DNA from: Promethearchaeota archaeon Loki_b32
Lineage (GTDB): Archaea; Asgardarchaeota; Lokiarchaeia; Sigyniarchaeales; SOKP01
Length of the DNA: 64,000 nt
NCBI GenBank assembly: GCA_005223125.1
Contig: NJBH01000004.1
Span: 1-64,000 of the forward strand
Direction of reading: 5' to 3'
This document shows positions 1 through 10,377 of the stretch, piece by piece. Each line of letters begins with the position of its first letter. The stretch's first letter is position 1. The notes below the pieces were generated by a model, which was not told the DNA's origin, ran no database searches, and saw only the letters and a list, made by a program, of their open reading frames with translations. The position numbers and the translations under genes were made by a program.

Positions 1-1146
1 ATTTTTGGTACATTAACAAGAAGTGTAGCACTCCAAGCAGATGCATTTGATAGTATGACGGATATTGTTATGAATCTTACTGCATTAATAGGAATTTTTT
101 TTACTAAAAAGAAGCCGAATGAAAAATTTCCGTATGGATACTATAAAATGGAGAATATAATAAGTTTATTTTTCTCGTTATTCATTTTCTTCACAGTATA
201 TAATATTGTAATCCAATCGTTTAACAACATTTTAGCCTTTTCTACCGGACATTCAAGAATAATATATGGCTCGCCTTTAATTTTTTTGTTTTTAATCATT
301 TCCTTATCGGTTTCATTATTTATAGCTTTATATTTAAAAAAAGTAAGTAAAAGAACGGGTTCACCCATCATTAAATCTGAAGCACAGGAGAAATTATTTG
401 ATTGCCTGATATCCTCGTCGGTTCTAATAAGCTTTATTGGTGCTTTATGGAATCTAAATCTCTTGGATTCAATTATAGGTCTTATTATTGCAATTTTTAT
501 CTTTAAAGGAGGATATGACATTTTTCTCATCTCAACAAAGACATTATTAGATGCTGTTATCGATTTTGATAAAAGAACAGAACTAATTAAAGTTATAGAA
601 GAATATCCAAGGGTTAAGAGCTTAAAGAACGTACAGGTGAGGTCATACGGCAAGTATATATTCATGCAAGCTGAAATCATTTTGAACAAAAATATGGCCT
701 TATCCCAAATTAGAACTTTAAAGGATAACCTATCTAAAAAAATAATGATAAAATTCCCTGAGATATTTAAAATAATCCTTCTTGCTCAAGCTCAAGAAAA
801 AAAGCTGTTAAGAATCGCCTTTCCTGTTTCTGATAAGGAAGGACTGAATTCAGAGATATTCGACAATTTTGGAGAATCCCCTTATTTTGCTTTCTTAGAT
901 TTTCAAGAAGGTTCATTATTGAAATTAGAAATAATCGCTAATAAATTCATAAATGAAGAAAAAAGAAAGGGTATATTGATTTCAGATTGGTTATGTGCAA
1001 CAAAGATTGACAAACTTTATTTAACAAAAGAACTCAAGAAGGGACCTCAATTAGTTTTTACCAATAGTCTTATTGAAGTGGAGCTAACAGAGTTTAACAT
1101 TTTAAATGATATATTAATCAAGGAACTCGAATCTAATGACATATAA
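1..1146 (+). CDS. Cation diffusion facilitator (CDF) transporter with C-terminal NifB/NifX-like domain; 5' end lies before the window
   Basis: Frame open from base 1 (…ALQADAFDSMTD); FPYGYYKMENI CDF motif, TM helices, cytoplasmic dimerisation domain, then IAFPV…NFGESPYF NifX-like tail. Confidence 0.85.
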   Translation: MFGTLTRSVALQADAFDSMTDIVMNLTALIGIFFTKKKPNEKFPYGYYKMENIISLFFSLFIFFTVYNIVIQSFNNILAFSTGHSRIIYGSPLIFLFLIISLSVSLFIALYLKKVSKRTGSPIIKSEAQEKLFDCLISSSVLISFIGALWNLNLLDSIIGLIIAIFIFKGGYDIFLISTKTLLDAVIDFDKRTELIKVIEEYPRVKSLKNVQVRSYGKYIFMQAEIILNKNMALSQIRTLKDNLSKKIMIKFPEIFKIILLAQAQEKKLLRIAFPVSDKEGLNSEIFDNFGESPYFAFLDFQEGSLLKLEIIANKFINEEKRKGILISDWLCATKIDKLYLTKELKKGPQLVFTNSLIEVELTEFNILNDILIKELESNDI

Positions 1147-1270
1147 TGCATTATAAAATGCTTTAGATCTATTATGAAACGAATCTTGGAATAATCATAT
1201 TGGTTGGGCAATATCAAATGCTATGAGCTCTCCCTAATTAGTATAGAAAAAAAAAATTAAAATTCCATAA

Positions 1271-2011
1271 TTAATGCAAAGAAAGAATTAATAATATTGT
1301 TCCAACCCCTGCAATAATTAAAAAAATTTGTCTGATATTAGATGCTAAACCTAGTTTACGATGTAAATCTGGTGTGAGATCGGTCAAAGCAATATAAATA
1401 AAACTCGCTGCTGAAAATGCCAAGATATATGGGATTATAGCGCTAACAGCGTCTAAAATGTAATAACTTATTAATGCTGCGGGAATAGTAAATGAACTTG
1501 ATAAAAGGTTTAATGAAAAAGCTTTTCTTCTAGAATAACCACTATCTAGGAGAATGGCAAAATCACCAACCTCTTGAGGAACTTCATGAGCTATTACTGA
1601 GAGGCTTACTGTTATACCAAAAGGAATAGAAATTAAAAAACTAGCAGCAATAACAACACCATCGATAAAATTATGAAATGCATCCCCAATTAGAAGAATA
1701 GGTCCTATAGCACTATGGAATTCACATTCCTCATCATGACAATGGTGCCAAATCACAGTTTTCTCAAGAAGAAGAAAAAATATAATCCCACCTATAACAA
1801 ATAACATAATTAATGTTATATTGCCATTTGATATAGCATTTGGAATCATCCCCACTAAAGCTGCTGTCAGTAAAGTGCCTATTGCATAAGAAATCAAACA
1901 AGGTATGAGTACTTTCTGTATCTTCTGTTTAAATACTAGAAAGATTCCAGCTGTAATTATTGCACCAATACTACCAATAGTACTAAATAATAAAACTAAT
2001 AGAATAATCAT
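1271..2011 (-). CDS. ZIP family metal transporter
   Basis: HHCH loop, GDAFHNFIDG and AHEVPQEVGDF ZIP signatures. Confidence 0.92.
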   Translation of the reverse strand: MIILLVLLFSTIGSIGAIITAGIFLVFKQKIQKVLIPCLISYAIGTLLTAALVGMIPNAISNGNITLIMLFVIGGIIFFLLLEKTVIWHHCHDEECEFHSAIGPILLIGDAFHNFIDGVVIAASFLISIPFGITVSLSVIAHEVPQEVGDFAILLDSGYSRRKAFSLNLLSSSFTIPAALISYYILDAVSAIIPYILAFSAASFIYIALTDLTPDLHRKLGLASNIRQIFLIIAGVGTILLILSLH

Positions 2012-2049
2012 GTGTATTTTTCCTATTTAAGTTTTAATTTTAATTTTGA

Positions 2050-2982
2050 TTAAATATTTATTTTCCAAAAGATTTGTTTATTATAAGAAATTTCCTTTAT
2101 TTTATTTTCGGATTTGAGTTTTTTTAAATTTGAAATTACTACATTTTTACTAAAACCAGAGGAAGAAAAAGTTTCTATAATTTGTTTCTGCCTCATTGGA
2201 TGTCGCTTAAGTATTGATAATATTTCGTTTTCAAAATTGGATGAATAGATTTTAAAAGTACCCTCCTCAGGAAAAAAAATATTAGTATAATCGCCAAAGA
2301 TAGCATTTAGAAGTGAAATTATATTCTTATCAGGAATTTTTACCCATTTTTCAACTGGAGGTCTTATTGGAACATTAATATCAATTCTATCTGGTTTTAT
2401 CAAATCTAGTTTTTCTTTAATTTTTAATAATTCTTCTTTTGTATCGTTTATCCCTTTCATTAACATTACTTCAATCCAGAATTTACCTTTAAAAATTTTC
2501 CTGAAATCTATAAATCCTTTAATTAGATTATCAAAGCTAATAGAAGGATGAGGACGATTGATTTTAATGAATGATGTTTCATCCCCTGCATCTAAACTAG
2601 GTAGAACTACGTCTGAAGAAATTAAAGCATTCTGAACCTCTTTTTCATAAAGTAAACTTCCATTAGTAATCACGCAAACAGGTTTTTCAGATAACTCTTT
2701 GGCTTTTATGATCAAATCCTTTAAATCTTTATATAAAGTAGGTTCACCACTACCTACAAATGTTATGTAATCAAATTTATTTTCATTTAATTTGATCGCT
2801 TTTTCGATTTCAGTTAAAGTATCTTTCTTTGGGAAGTAATTTTTCCTGATATTAGTAAAATTGTTTGTTTTTCCTAATTGACAATAGATACATTGATAAT
2901 TACAAGTCTTAGATGGGAGAGGATCAATTCCTAATGAATTTCCTAATCTCCTGCTAGGGACAGGCCCATATACATATTTCAT
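2050..2982 (-). CDS. Radical SAM protein (COG0731-like)
   Basis: YGPVPSRRLG N-terminus, CNYQCIYC motif, GSGEPTL. Confidence 0.88.
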   Translation of the reverse strand: MKYVYGPVPSRRLGNSLGIDPLPSKTCNYQCIYCQLGKTNNFTNIRKNYFPKKDTLTEIEKAIKLNENKFDYITFVGSGEPTLYKDLKDLIIKAKELSEKPVCVITNGSLLYEKEVQNALISSDVVLPSLDAGDETSFIKINRPHPSISFDNLIKGFIDFRKIFKGKFWIEVMLMKGINDTKEELLKIKEKLDLIKPDRIDINVPIRPPVEKWVKIPDKNIISLLNAIFGDYTNIFFPEEGTFKIYSSNFENEILSILKRHPMRQKQIIETFSSSGFSKNVVISNLKKLKSENKIKEISYNKQIFWKINI

Positions 2983-3004
2983 ATTTTTTTATTAAGAAAT
3001 TTTA

Positions 3005-3445
3005 TCAAGAACTTTGAATCTTGTATTTTTCAATCGCACGATGGAGTGTTCTCATTGCTAATTCAGCACAATGTTTATGATCATCGGGCAAGCCGCCTAA
3101 AGCATTTTCAACATCAATTGGTCTTAATCTTTCAGCAAACTCTAAAGTATGGCCTTCTACCATCATTGTAGTTTGACTTCCCGCTGCTACTGTAGCACCA
3201 CAACCATCTGTAATGAAATTTGCTTTTTCAATTATACCCTCGTTGATCTTCAAAAAGAATTGCATTGTATCACCACAAGATCCTTCATAGGCATGCAATA
3301 CACTGATTTCATCATCCTTTGGTTTACCCCAATTTTTTGGATTTAGAAGTAATTCAACAATATATTTATTATATCTTTTAATTTCCTCATCTATAATTTC
3401 TTTCTGAATTTCCTCTACCCATTTATCTAAATTGTCTGGTGACAT
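3005..3445 (-). CDS. IscU/NifU-N Fe-S scaffold
   Basis: CGDTM, DGCG, HCAELA conserved Cys motifs. Confidence 0.9.
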   Translation of the reverse strand: MSPDNLDKWVEEIQKEIIDEEIKRYNKYIVELLLNPKNWGKPKDDEISVLHAYEGSCGDTMQFFLKINEGIIEKANFITDGCGATVAAGSQTTMMVEGHTLEFAERLRPIDVENALGGLPDDHKHCAELAMRTLHRAIEKYKIQSS

Positions 3446-3523
3446 TTTTATATTAATATTTTGCGGCTTTTCAATAAAGTATATACTATTTTTGATTTTA
3501 CAGTCTATAAAAAAATTATTGAT

Positions 3524-4396
3524 TTATTTTTCCAGTATTCCTCGAATCTTTTTTACTGTCTCTTTAAATGCTTTCGTTGATTTACTTTCAGGATATTTTA
3601 ATACAAAAGGTAAGCCCCTATCACCTTGCTGGCTTACTTCAACTTCAAAAGGTATTTTACCTAATAATTGAATTCCAAAATCCTGAGATGCCTTTTCTAC
3701 ACCACCTGGGGGATACAAATCAATATGTTCTCCGCAGTGTGGACATTCGAAGCCAGACATGTTTTCTATTAAACCAAGTACTTTTCTTTCCATTATCTGA
3801 GACATTTTTATAGTTTTTCGAGCATCCATTAACGCAACTTCTTGAGGTGTCGAAACTACGATAACATTCTCGTCGGGAATAAGTTGTAAAATATCTAAGG
3901 TTTCATCTGATGTTCCTGGTGGTAAATCACATATTAAATAATCTAATTCACCCCATATAGCCTCACCTAAAAACTGTCTTACTGCACTCATTTTCATTGG
4001 ACCCCTCCAAATAACTGGTGAGTCTGAACTTACAATAAGAAATGCCATGCTCATTGCTTTAAGATTTAAGGGTCCAATAACAGGATAAAATCTTTTTTTT
4101 TCAGGATCAACCCTCGGTTTAAGATTTGGGTCGATACCTAACATTTTCAATACATTTGGACCTGTTATATCCACATCTAAGATTCCAACCCTAAGTCCAA
4201 CGCTTACTAAGCTCATAGCAAGGTTTACAGCTACTGTGGTTTTTCCTACTCCACCTTTTCCAGATATAATTACGATTTTATGCTTAATTTTACTCATATT
4301 CTTGTTAATATACTCTGTTAATTTATCCATCTTTTCTTTCTTTCCTTCTTCAACTGTCTTTTTTAAATCAATATCTGGAATTTCTTTTTCTTGAAT
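3524..4396 (-). CDS. Mrp/NBP35 Fe-S carrier ATPase (probable ATT start at 4396; first ATG at 4330)
   Basis: GKGGVGKT, VIWRGPM, DLPPGT, ENMS-CPHC; GAGGT RBS 8 nt upstream of in-frame ATT. Confidence 0.9.
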   Translation of the reverse strand: MQEKEIPDIDLKKTVEEGKKEKMDKLTEYINKNMSKIKHKIVIISGKGGVGKTTVAVNLAMSLVSVGLRVGILDVDITGPNVLKMLGIDPNLKPRVDPEKKRFYPVIGPLNLKAMSMAFLIVSSDSPVIWRGPMKMSAVRQFLGEAIWGELDYLICDLPPGTSDETLDILQLIPDENVIVVSTPQEVALMDARKTIKMSQIMERKVLGLIENMSGFECPHCGEHIDLYPPGGVEKASQDFGIQLLGKIPFEVEVSQQGDRGLPFVLKYPESKSTKAFKETVKKIRGILEK

Positions 4397-4456
4397 ATTC
4401 TTTTACCTCTTAATTATAATTAAATTTATATATTTTAGAATTTTTTATATTCATAA

Positions 4457-4480
4457 TGAATAATTATTCAGAATTATTCA
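4457..4480. promoter_or_regulatory. Palindromic operator TGAATAATTATTCA plus extra half-site, in divergent promoter
   Basis: Perfect 14-bp palindrome at 4457-4470; recurs at 7367, 8017 and 10378. Confidence 0.7.
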
Positions 4481-4522
4481 AAATTTAAAAAAGTTACTAA
4501 AAAAAATATGGTGTAATAAAGA

Positions 4523-4966
4523 TTGAGTATTATTGCAATACCTTCAATGGGAAGTGGAGGATTAAATGATGAGATGAGTCCTCGTTTTGGGAGATGTGCA
4601 AGTTTTACATTCGTTGAAATGGAAAATAACGAGATAAAAGCCGTTAAAACGGTTCCAAATCCTGCAGCAAATGCGATGGGGGGTGCTGGTGTACAAGCAA
4701 CTCAAATAATTGGTAATAATGGTGCTGAAGCTATAATCGTAGGTTTCTTAGGCCCTAATGCTGCTAGTGGACTTAATGCTTTAAATATAAAAATTTTTCA
4801 AGCTCCAAATAAAGCAATTACGATAAAAGAAGTTATGAATCTCTATATAGAAGGTAAACTACAAATGATTACTACCTCAAATGTCGCATCACACTTTGGA
4901 ATGGGAGGCGTTGGTCGAGGCATGGGAGGACGAGGCCAAGGAATGGGAAGAGGTAATCAACCCTAG
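4523..4966 (+). CDS. NifB/NifX (COG1433) family protein with Gly/Arg-rich tail
   Basis: IAIPS…RFGRC…GPNA; GMGGVGRGMGGRG tail. Confidence 0.9.
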   Translation: MSIIAIPSMGSGGLNDEMSPRFGRCASFTFVEMENNEIKAVKTVPNPAANAMGGAGVQATQIIGNNGAEAIIVGFLGPNAASGLNALNIKIFQAPNKAITIKEVMNLYIEGKLQMITTSNVASHFGMGGVGRGMGGRGQGMGRGNQP

Positions 4967-5004
4967 AAGCGCAAAGAGTTAATTAGAAAAGTAGGATATC
5001 TCTT

Positions 5005-5943
5005 ATGAGTAGCAAGAAGTCAAAAGTAATTTGTATTACAGGAGGTAAAGGGGGAACTGGTAAAACTTTATGTGCTGTTAATCTTGCTGTCATGTTCAAA
5101 AATGAAGGAAAGAAAGTTCTTCTTATAGATGGTGATGTAGAGAATCCTAATACATATTTATTATTAAATGGAAGTCTTGAAAATAAAAGAGATGTTCCAT
5201 TTTTCAAACCTAAAATTATTGAAAGTAAATGCTCTAAATGTGGATTATGTGCTCAAAATTGTGCGCCGCATGCTTTATTATACATAACGGATTCATTTCC
5301 CATTCCAATATTAGCCTTATGTTCTGGATGCCAATTATGTTATAAGATTTGTCCGGAAGAGGCAATTGAAACTGATTCAAAAGTAATAGGCTGGACTTAT
5401 TCGACAAAAGTAAACGGGATTTCTCTTTTAATTGGTGAATTGAAACCGGCAGAGGCTCGTTCGGCAGCAATTGTAGAAACGCTCCTCGAAGAACTTGACG
5501 AGATAATAAAAGGTGATCCGGATAGGTTCGATGTAGTCATTCTAGATACCTCTCCAGGGGCGCATTGTGATGTAGAAGCCTTAATCAATAAGGCCGATTT
5601 AGTAATTCCCGTTACAGAGCCAACTAGGTTTGGCAAGTTAGACTTGATCCGGATAATAGAACTAATTGAATTATTGAATAAAGATCATCGAGCTATTGTT
5701 AATAGATCTTCGTTATTGGGCTTCAGAGACGAATTCTTAAAGGATTTAAAAGAAAAGAATATAATGATTCTTGGCGACATTCCTTTAGATGACGACATCG
5801 TGCATTCTTATTGTATAGGCGTGCCTTTAATGGATGGAAATAGTGAAACCGACAAGAATGGAAAGGGGTATAAAGCATTTAAAAGGATATTTGAGAATTT
5901 AATCGAATGGATGGAAACTAAAGAACAAGGTGAGGGGAGCTAA
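5005..5943 (+). CDS. MinD-like P-loop ATPase with inserted 2x[4Fe-4S] domain (COG1149)
   Basis: GGKGGTGKT, DGDVENPN, CSKCGLC/CSGCQLC, VTEPT. Confidence 0.9.
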   Translation: MSSKKSKVICITGGKGGTGKTLCAVNLAVMFKNEGKKVLLIDGDVENPNTYLLLNGSLENKRDVPFFKPKIIESKCSKCGLCAQNCAPHALLYITDSFPIPILALCSGCQLCYKICPEEAIETDSKVIGWTYSTKVNGISLLIGELKPAEARSAAIVETLLEELDEIIKGDPDRFDVVILDTSPGAHCDVEALINKADLVIPVTEPTRFGKLDLIRIIELIELLNKDHRAIVNRSSLLGFRDEFLKDLKEKNIMILGDIPLDDDIVHSYCIGVPLMDGNSETDKNGKGYKAFKRIFENLIEWMETKEQGEGS

Positions 5944-6880
5944 AGTAATAGAGAAAAAGAATGTTGGAATCATTTCGGGGAAAGGTGGAGTAGGTAAAAC
6001 TTCTCTAGTTGCATCCTTGGTAAGCTTAGCCAATAAGGATCCGGATTTAAAAACAATCGTACTTGATTGTGATGTAGACGCTCCTAATCTCTCTTTAATA
6101 CTTCCGGCGATGGCTGAAGATGCAATAAAGAGTCAAGACATTTATGCTACTCTAAAAGCTACATTCCTCGAACAAAAATGTGTTAATTGTAAGAAATGCA
6201 TTGACGAGCATTTTTGTGAGTTTCACGCATTAGGATGGGACGATGATAATCAAGTTCCTGTAGTGGATTATTTAGCGTGTGAGGGATGTGGGGCTTGTAA
6301 GTTTTTATGTCCTGAACATGCCTTTGAAATAGATCCCATTAAAAGCGGAATTATCGTTTCTTACATTTCAGAGATGGGCTCACCGCTAGTTTATGGCAAG
6401 ACCATTTTAGGAAGCTCAACATCCGGAAAGTTAGTCTCGGATGTTAAAGAATTTGTGAAGAACTTAAAAGAATTCGAGGAAAGCAATTTAATATTAATAG
6501 ATGGCCCTCCAGGAATTGGCTGCCCCGTAATTGCGACCGTTTCAGGCTTGGATTATGTCATTACCATAACCGAACCTACTCCTTCTGGATTACACGACCT
6601 AATACGGGCGATAGAAGTCGTGCAGCAATTTAAAATTCCGTTTGGGATAATAATTAATAAATCTGATTTGAAAAGCCCTTTTCAAGATAAATTCAAGGAT
6701 TACATCGACAATACGGGGTTTAACATCTTAGGAAAAATTCCATTTGATTTATCGATCCCGAAAGCAATGTCTTTTGCTGAAACAGTTGTAGATTTTGCTC
6801 CAGATTCTAAAGCAAGTTTATCTATTAAAAAGATTTATCAAAATTTAAAAGAAATATTATGGAATAATACTTTAATTTGA
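5930..6880 (+). CDS. Second MinD-like P-loop ATPase with 4Fe-4S domain (COG1149)
   Basis: SGKGGVGKT, DCDVDAPN, CEGCGAC, DGPPGIGCP, TEPTPSG. Confidence 0.9.
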   Translation: MRGAKVIEKKNVGIISGKGGVGKTSLVASLVSLANKDPDLKTIVLDCDVDAPNLSLILPAMAEDAIKSQDIYATLKATFLEQKCVNCKKCIDEHFCEFHALGWDDDNQVPVVDYLACEGCGACKFLCPEHAFEIDPIKSGIIVSYISEMGSPLVYGKTILGSSTSGKLVSDVKEFVKNLKEFEESNLILIDGPPGIGCPVIATVSGLDYVITITEPTPSGLHDLIRAIEVVQQFKIPFGIIINKSDLKSPFQDKFKDYIDNTGFNILGKIPFDLSIPKAMSFAETVVDFAPDSKASLSIKKIYQNLKEILWNNTLI

Positions 6881-6903
6881 TCTTTTTATTATAAAATAAG
6901 AAT

Positions 6904-7323
6904 CTAAATGTATTCTCTAATAAGATGATATACGTTATTGGAATTACATTTAATACAATTAACCTTTCTCTCCCTAGATGCATCCGGATCTTCCCACTCG
7001 TGATTACAGTTATTACATCCATATCCCTTAAAGCTTAATTTAGTTTCGAAATTGCCACCATATATTAAAATTTTCTTTCCCTCAATTAAGGCTAAGGTAT
7101 TTTTTTGATGAGCACTTTCAAGAATTCTTGAAAATGTAGGTTGACTTACTCCCATTCTTTCAGCAGATTCTTTCTGATTCAAGCCTAAATAATGTTTTAA
7201 TCTCATAGCTTCATATTCAGCAACAGTTATTATTATCGAATCTTCGGTTTTAGGTGAATCTCCAGGGAAATAGATATTTTTAGGTGTTAGATTAACCCAT
7301 CGTCGATGTCTGTTTCTTCCTAT
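6904..7323 (-). CDS. DUF134 HTH protein with C-terminal Zn ribbon (probable ATA start at 7323)
   Basis: Frame extends upstream of the ORF call as IGRNRHRRWV…EYEAMRLK; GVSQPTFSRIL HTH; CNNC…CIKC; GGTGA RBS. Confidence 0.85.
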   Translation of the reverse strand: MGRNRHRRWVNLTPKNIYFPGDSPKTEDSIIITVAEYEAMRLKHYLGLNQKESAERMGVSQPTFSRILESAHQKNTLALIEGKKILIYGGNFETKLSFKGYGCNNCNHEWEDPDASRERKVNCIKCNSNNVYHLIREYI

Positions 7324-7366
7324 ATCGAATCACCAAAAGTATCATTAAAATTATAAAAAAACACTT

Positions 7367-7382
7367 ATTAATAATTATTCAT
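7367..7382. promoter_or_regulatory. Operator copy ATTAATAATTATTCAT upstream of DUF134 gene
   Basis: One mismatch to ATGAATAATTATTCAT. Confidence 0.6.
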
Positions 7383-7387
7383 AAATT

Positions 7388-7912
7388 TTAAACATTTTTT
7401 AGAATAGGGCGGAAACAAGTTAAAATAGTATTCATTTCCTTATCTACTTCTTCTAAGTACCATAATCCCCCGCCTTCTTCTTCATTACCATACCCCATAT
7501 CGACGTATTCTTTATCATCTAGACATCTATCATCAGCCATATCGGTTAGTTCATTGATTAATTTAAATTTTCTTATAAGATCCTTCTTTTCTTCACTATT
7601 AATGAATTCCTTAAAATCTTGTACTTTATTGTTAATTGCTTGGCGTTCTTCCACCCAGGTTTTATATTCATCTTCTGGAACCTCGTCTTTAAAAAATGAG
7701 AAAAGTATCTCATCCAATCCAAGGGAAGTCTTTCCTCTTACTTTCTCATTAAATACTTCATCTAAGTTAGTTTCTATTTCTATTAATACTTGGATGTAAC
7801 TGTCTACTAAAGAGAAGTCTTGGAATTCTGGATTGTCGTCATTCCTTATGGCGAATTTTAATAATTTTAAGAGAGTCGGATATTTTTTACTAATTCTATC
7901 TGATGGAAGCAT
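7388..7912 (-). CDS. Hypothetical acidic protein
   Basis: 174-aa ORF with protein-like composition; no family recognised. Confidence 0.6.
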   Translation of the reverse strand: MLPSDRISKKYPTLLKLLKFAIRNDDNPEFQDFSLVDSYIQVLIEIETNLDEVFNEKVRGKTSLGLDEILFSFFKDEVPEDEYKTWVEERQAINNKVQDFKEFINSEEKKDLIRKFKLINELTDMADDRCLDDKEYVDMGYGNEEEGGGLWYLEEVDKEMNTILTCFRPILKNV

Positions 7913-8016
7913 TATGTTTATAATTCAAAATTATTATTTCTATTATTGAAATGAAAACTTAAGTTTATAAAATTTCAGACTCCCTTACTTTGTAACAATT
8001 AAGTTTTTATGTTATT

Positions 8017-8032
8017 ATGAATAATTATTCAT
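8017..8032. promoter_or_regulatory. Perfect 16-bp operator ATGAATAATTATTCAT
   Basis: Exact palindrome upstream of nifX-like gene at 8098. Confidence 0.7.
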
Positions 8033-8097
8033 TAAATTTAAATTTTATAATTTCCTATAATATTATAATGTAATATAAAATAAAAATCATTAACAAG

Positions 8098-8511
8098 TTG
8101 AAAAGAATGAAAATAGCTATTAGTACAGAATCAGGAAATGTTTGCGCTCACTTTGGCCGAGCGCCAGAGTTTACTTTTGTTACAATTGAAGATAATCAAG
8201 TATTAAAAAAAGAAGTACTTCAAAACCCTGGACATTCTGTAGGGAGTATACCTCAGTTTGTAAATCAACAAGGAGCGAAATACATGATTGCGGGAGGTAT
8301 GGGACACAGAGCTGAAGCTTTTTTTAGTCAATATGGAATTGAAGTAATTGTAGGAATTTCCGGTAAAATTGATGATGTTATCAAAAAGATTCTAGACGGA
8401 ACTTTAGAAAGAGGAGAAAGTCTTTGCACTCCAGGTGGTGGTAAGGGATACGGTGTCGAAAAAATTCATACTGAAGCTGATGATAATCACGAGCATCATC
8501 ATCATGAATAA
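8098..8511 (+). CDS. NifB/NifX family protein with His-rich tail
   Basis: KIAIST…HFGRAP…GGMG; HEHHHHE C-terminus. Confidence 0.9.
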   Translation: MKRMKIAISTESGNVCAHFGRAPEFTFVTIEDNQVLKKEVLQNPGHSVGSIPQFVNQQGAKYMIAGGMGHRAEAFFSQYGIEVIVGISGKIDDVIKKILDGTLERGESLCTPGGGKGYGVEKIHTEADDNHEHHHHE

Positions 8512-8604
8512 AATTTGATTTATATTATAGATCTTTCCTAAAAATTAGAGTAGATTCATCCTTTCAGTTTTACAATGCTAAAACTTTATTTCCAGGCTAG
8601 CAAT

Positions 8605-8814
8605 CTAATAATGAAGATCTTCTTTTATATCATCATTAGGTAGCATATTATCTGGGTGATATTCTCCATTTTCTTCCATTTGATATCTAATACAATTTTT
8701 ATTCCCAATTAAACAATAATTCTCAACCCATTTTGTGTCAAGTTTATCATGATCAATAAAATACTTAATTGGGCAAGTGTAATACCATTTATATGTTTTA
8801 TTTTTAGGTTTCAA
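8605..8814 (-). CDS. Small Cys-containing hypothetical protein
   Basis: KWYYTCP…YC…CIRYQMEENGEYHPDNMLP pattern looks conserved. Confidence 0.6.
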   Translation of the reverse strand: MKPKNKTYKWYYTCPIKYFIDHDKLDTKWVENYCLIGNKNCIRYQMEENGEYHPDNMLPNDDIKEDLHY

Positions 8815-8875
8815 TTTTACTAACAGTCCTTAACCTAGTTTGATTATAGTTATGATAAATAGAATAATAATTTTG

Positions 8876-9315
8876 TTAACTAGTATTGCTATTGATAATT
8901 TCAGGTAATATTGCATTATTCGGACAGTTTTTAAAGTATTTTAAGCATTTGAAACATTTTGGAAGATTCTCTTTATGAAATTCGATAAATTCGTCCCCTG
9001 TTTTTTCATCTTGTTTAAGTCTAAAGATGTTTTGAAAATAAAATTTCTCTTCTAAGCAGAGTTTACATAAATTGCATTTTTCTTGATCAATGCAAAAACC
9101 CATCAATTTTACTTCATTAATCGAGATAACCTCAATAGCTCCATGCTCACATACATCCACACATTTTAAGCATCCTTGACACTTATCGTAATCTACATAT
9201 CGAAGTGAATTTTTAAAAAAAATAGCTTTATTTGGACAGCTATACATGCATCGCTGACATAATACGCATAAATTTGGATTTATATATATATAGGAAATAG
9301 TTTCTCCTTTTCCAT
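8876..9315 (-). pseudogene. Polyferredoxin-like 4Fe-4S protein, frameshifted in a (TA)n tract
   Basis: ATG at 9315 (MEKEKLFP) is out of frame with NPNLCVLCQRCMYSCP by one extra TA at 9281-9292; two C-terminal Cys positions read Tyr. Confidence 0.7.
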
Positions 9316-9383
9316 GATAATTTCTGGTGATATTAATGAATTTAAAGAATAAATTTCAAGTTAAAAAAAAATAATAATAAAAT

Positions 9384-9884
9384 TTATTTTCTAATCTGTA
9401 CTTTAGGTTGAATTGAAGAAGCTCCGCCAAAATTAGTAATTACAGGGCAATGGGTAAATATTTTATCCATTAATTCATTAATTTTTTCTTCTGGAGCATC
9501 AGCTTTAATTCTGATAACAGGTTCTAATTTATCATAACCAGCTAATTTTGAGTCATCAATTCCAAAAATAGCTCCTAAATTGATATGACCACGCGAAAAA
9601 ACTTTCATTTCTTCAATTTTAATGTCCATAATTTTAGCCCAGAATCTTGTAACCGCAATAATACAAGCTCCAATAGAGGATAAGATAACTAATAATGGTG
9701 ATGGTCCTTCATTTGTTCCATCTAAACCAAGAGGTGCGTCAATTATTAATTCAAATGGTTTTGCTCCCATGGTACATTTAACTTGCATACCATCAGATAA
9801 CATTTCACATTCAACGTTAAAATTTTTCTCTCCAGCATTCCAGTCTGCCTTAATGGCATCATAAGTTTCTTTAAAACTTGGCAT
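9384..9884 (-). CDS. OsmC family protein
   Basis: DAP..LDG…GPSP…GAC and HCPV motifs. Confidence 0.88.
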   Translation of the reverse strand: MPSFKETYDAIKADWNAGEKNFNVECEMLSDGMQVKCTMGAKPFELIIDAPLGLDGTNEGPSPLLVILSSIGACIIAVTRFWAKIMDIKIEEMKVFSRGHINLGAIFGIDDSKLAGYDKLEPVIRIKADAPEEKINELMDKIFTHCPVITNFGGASSIQPKVQIRK

Positions 9885-9925
9885 TTATACTCTCCTATTT
9901 TGGTAAATTTTAATTCTTGCTTATT

Positions 9926-10321
9926 TTAATGAGCGTGAGCATGTTCTGAGTTACTAGCACAGCTAGCATTGTTTAAAGATGTTAATTGGCCGTCTAATAA
10001 CATTCTTACATTTTTTTCAATGCTTCCATTGATACCTTGAAATAAATTTATGTTAACTTGTTGAAAACCCATAAATGGACGCATACCAATACCAGTTAAA
10101 ATCATATCACTAACATTTCTTTGTTTCATGTTTAGAACAGGTTCCATACAACCTGAATGACCACTATTAGGTAATGCAAAAACTTGCTTGAATTTATTAC
10201 CATCATAAATTTCAATTCCAATGAAATAGTTACAATGTCCAAAATGAGGTGATATATTATCAGATATTTCAGGTCCATCAGAGGGAATTCCAATTATTCG
10301 ATTCATATGTCTTACACTCAT
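9926..10321 (-). CDS. NifB/NifX family protein
   Basis: IGIPS…HFGHCNYF…GIGMRP; HAHAH tail. Confidence 0.88.
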   Translation of the reverse strand: MSVRHMNRIIGIPSDGPEISDNISPHFGHCNYFIGIEIYDGNKFKQVFALPNSGHSGCMEPVLNMKQRNVSDMILTGIGMRPFMGFQQVNINLFQGINGSIEKNVRMLLDGQLTSLNNASCASNSEHAHAH

Positions 10322-10377
10322 TCTTTTTTAAAATTTATGTATTATTGTTTAAAATTAATTCTTATATTTATATTTTG

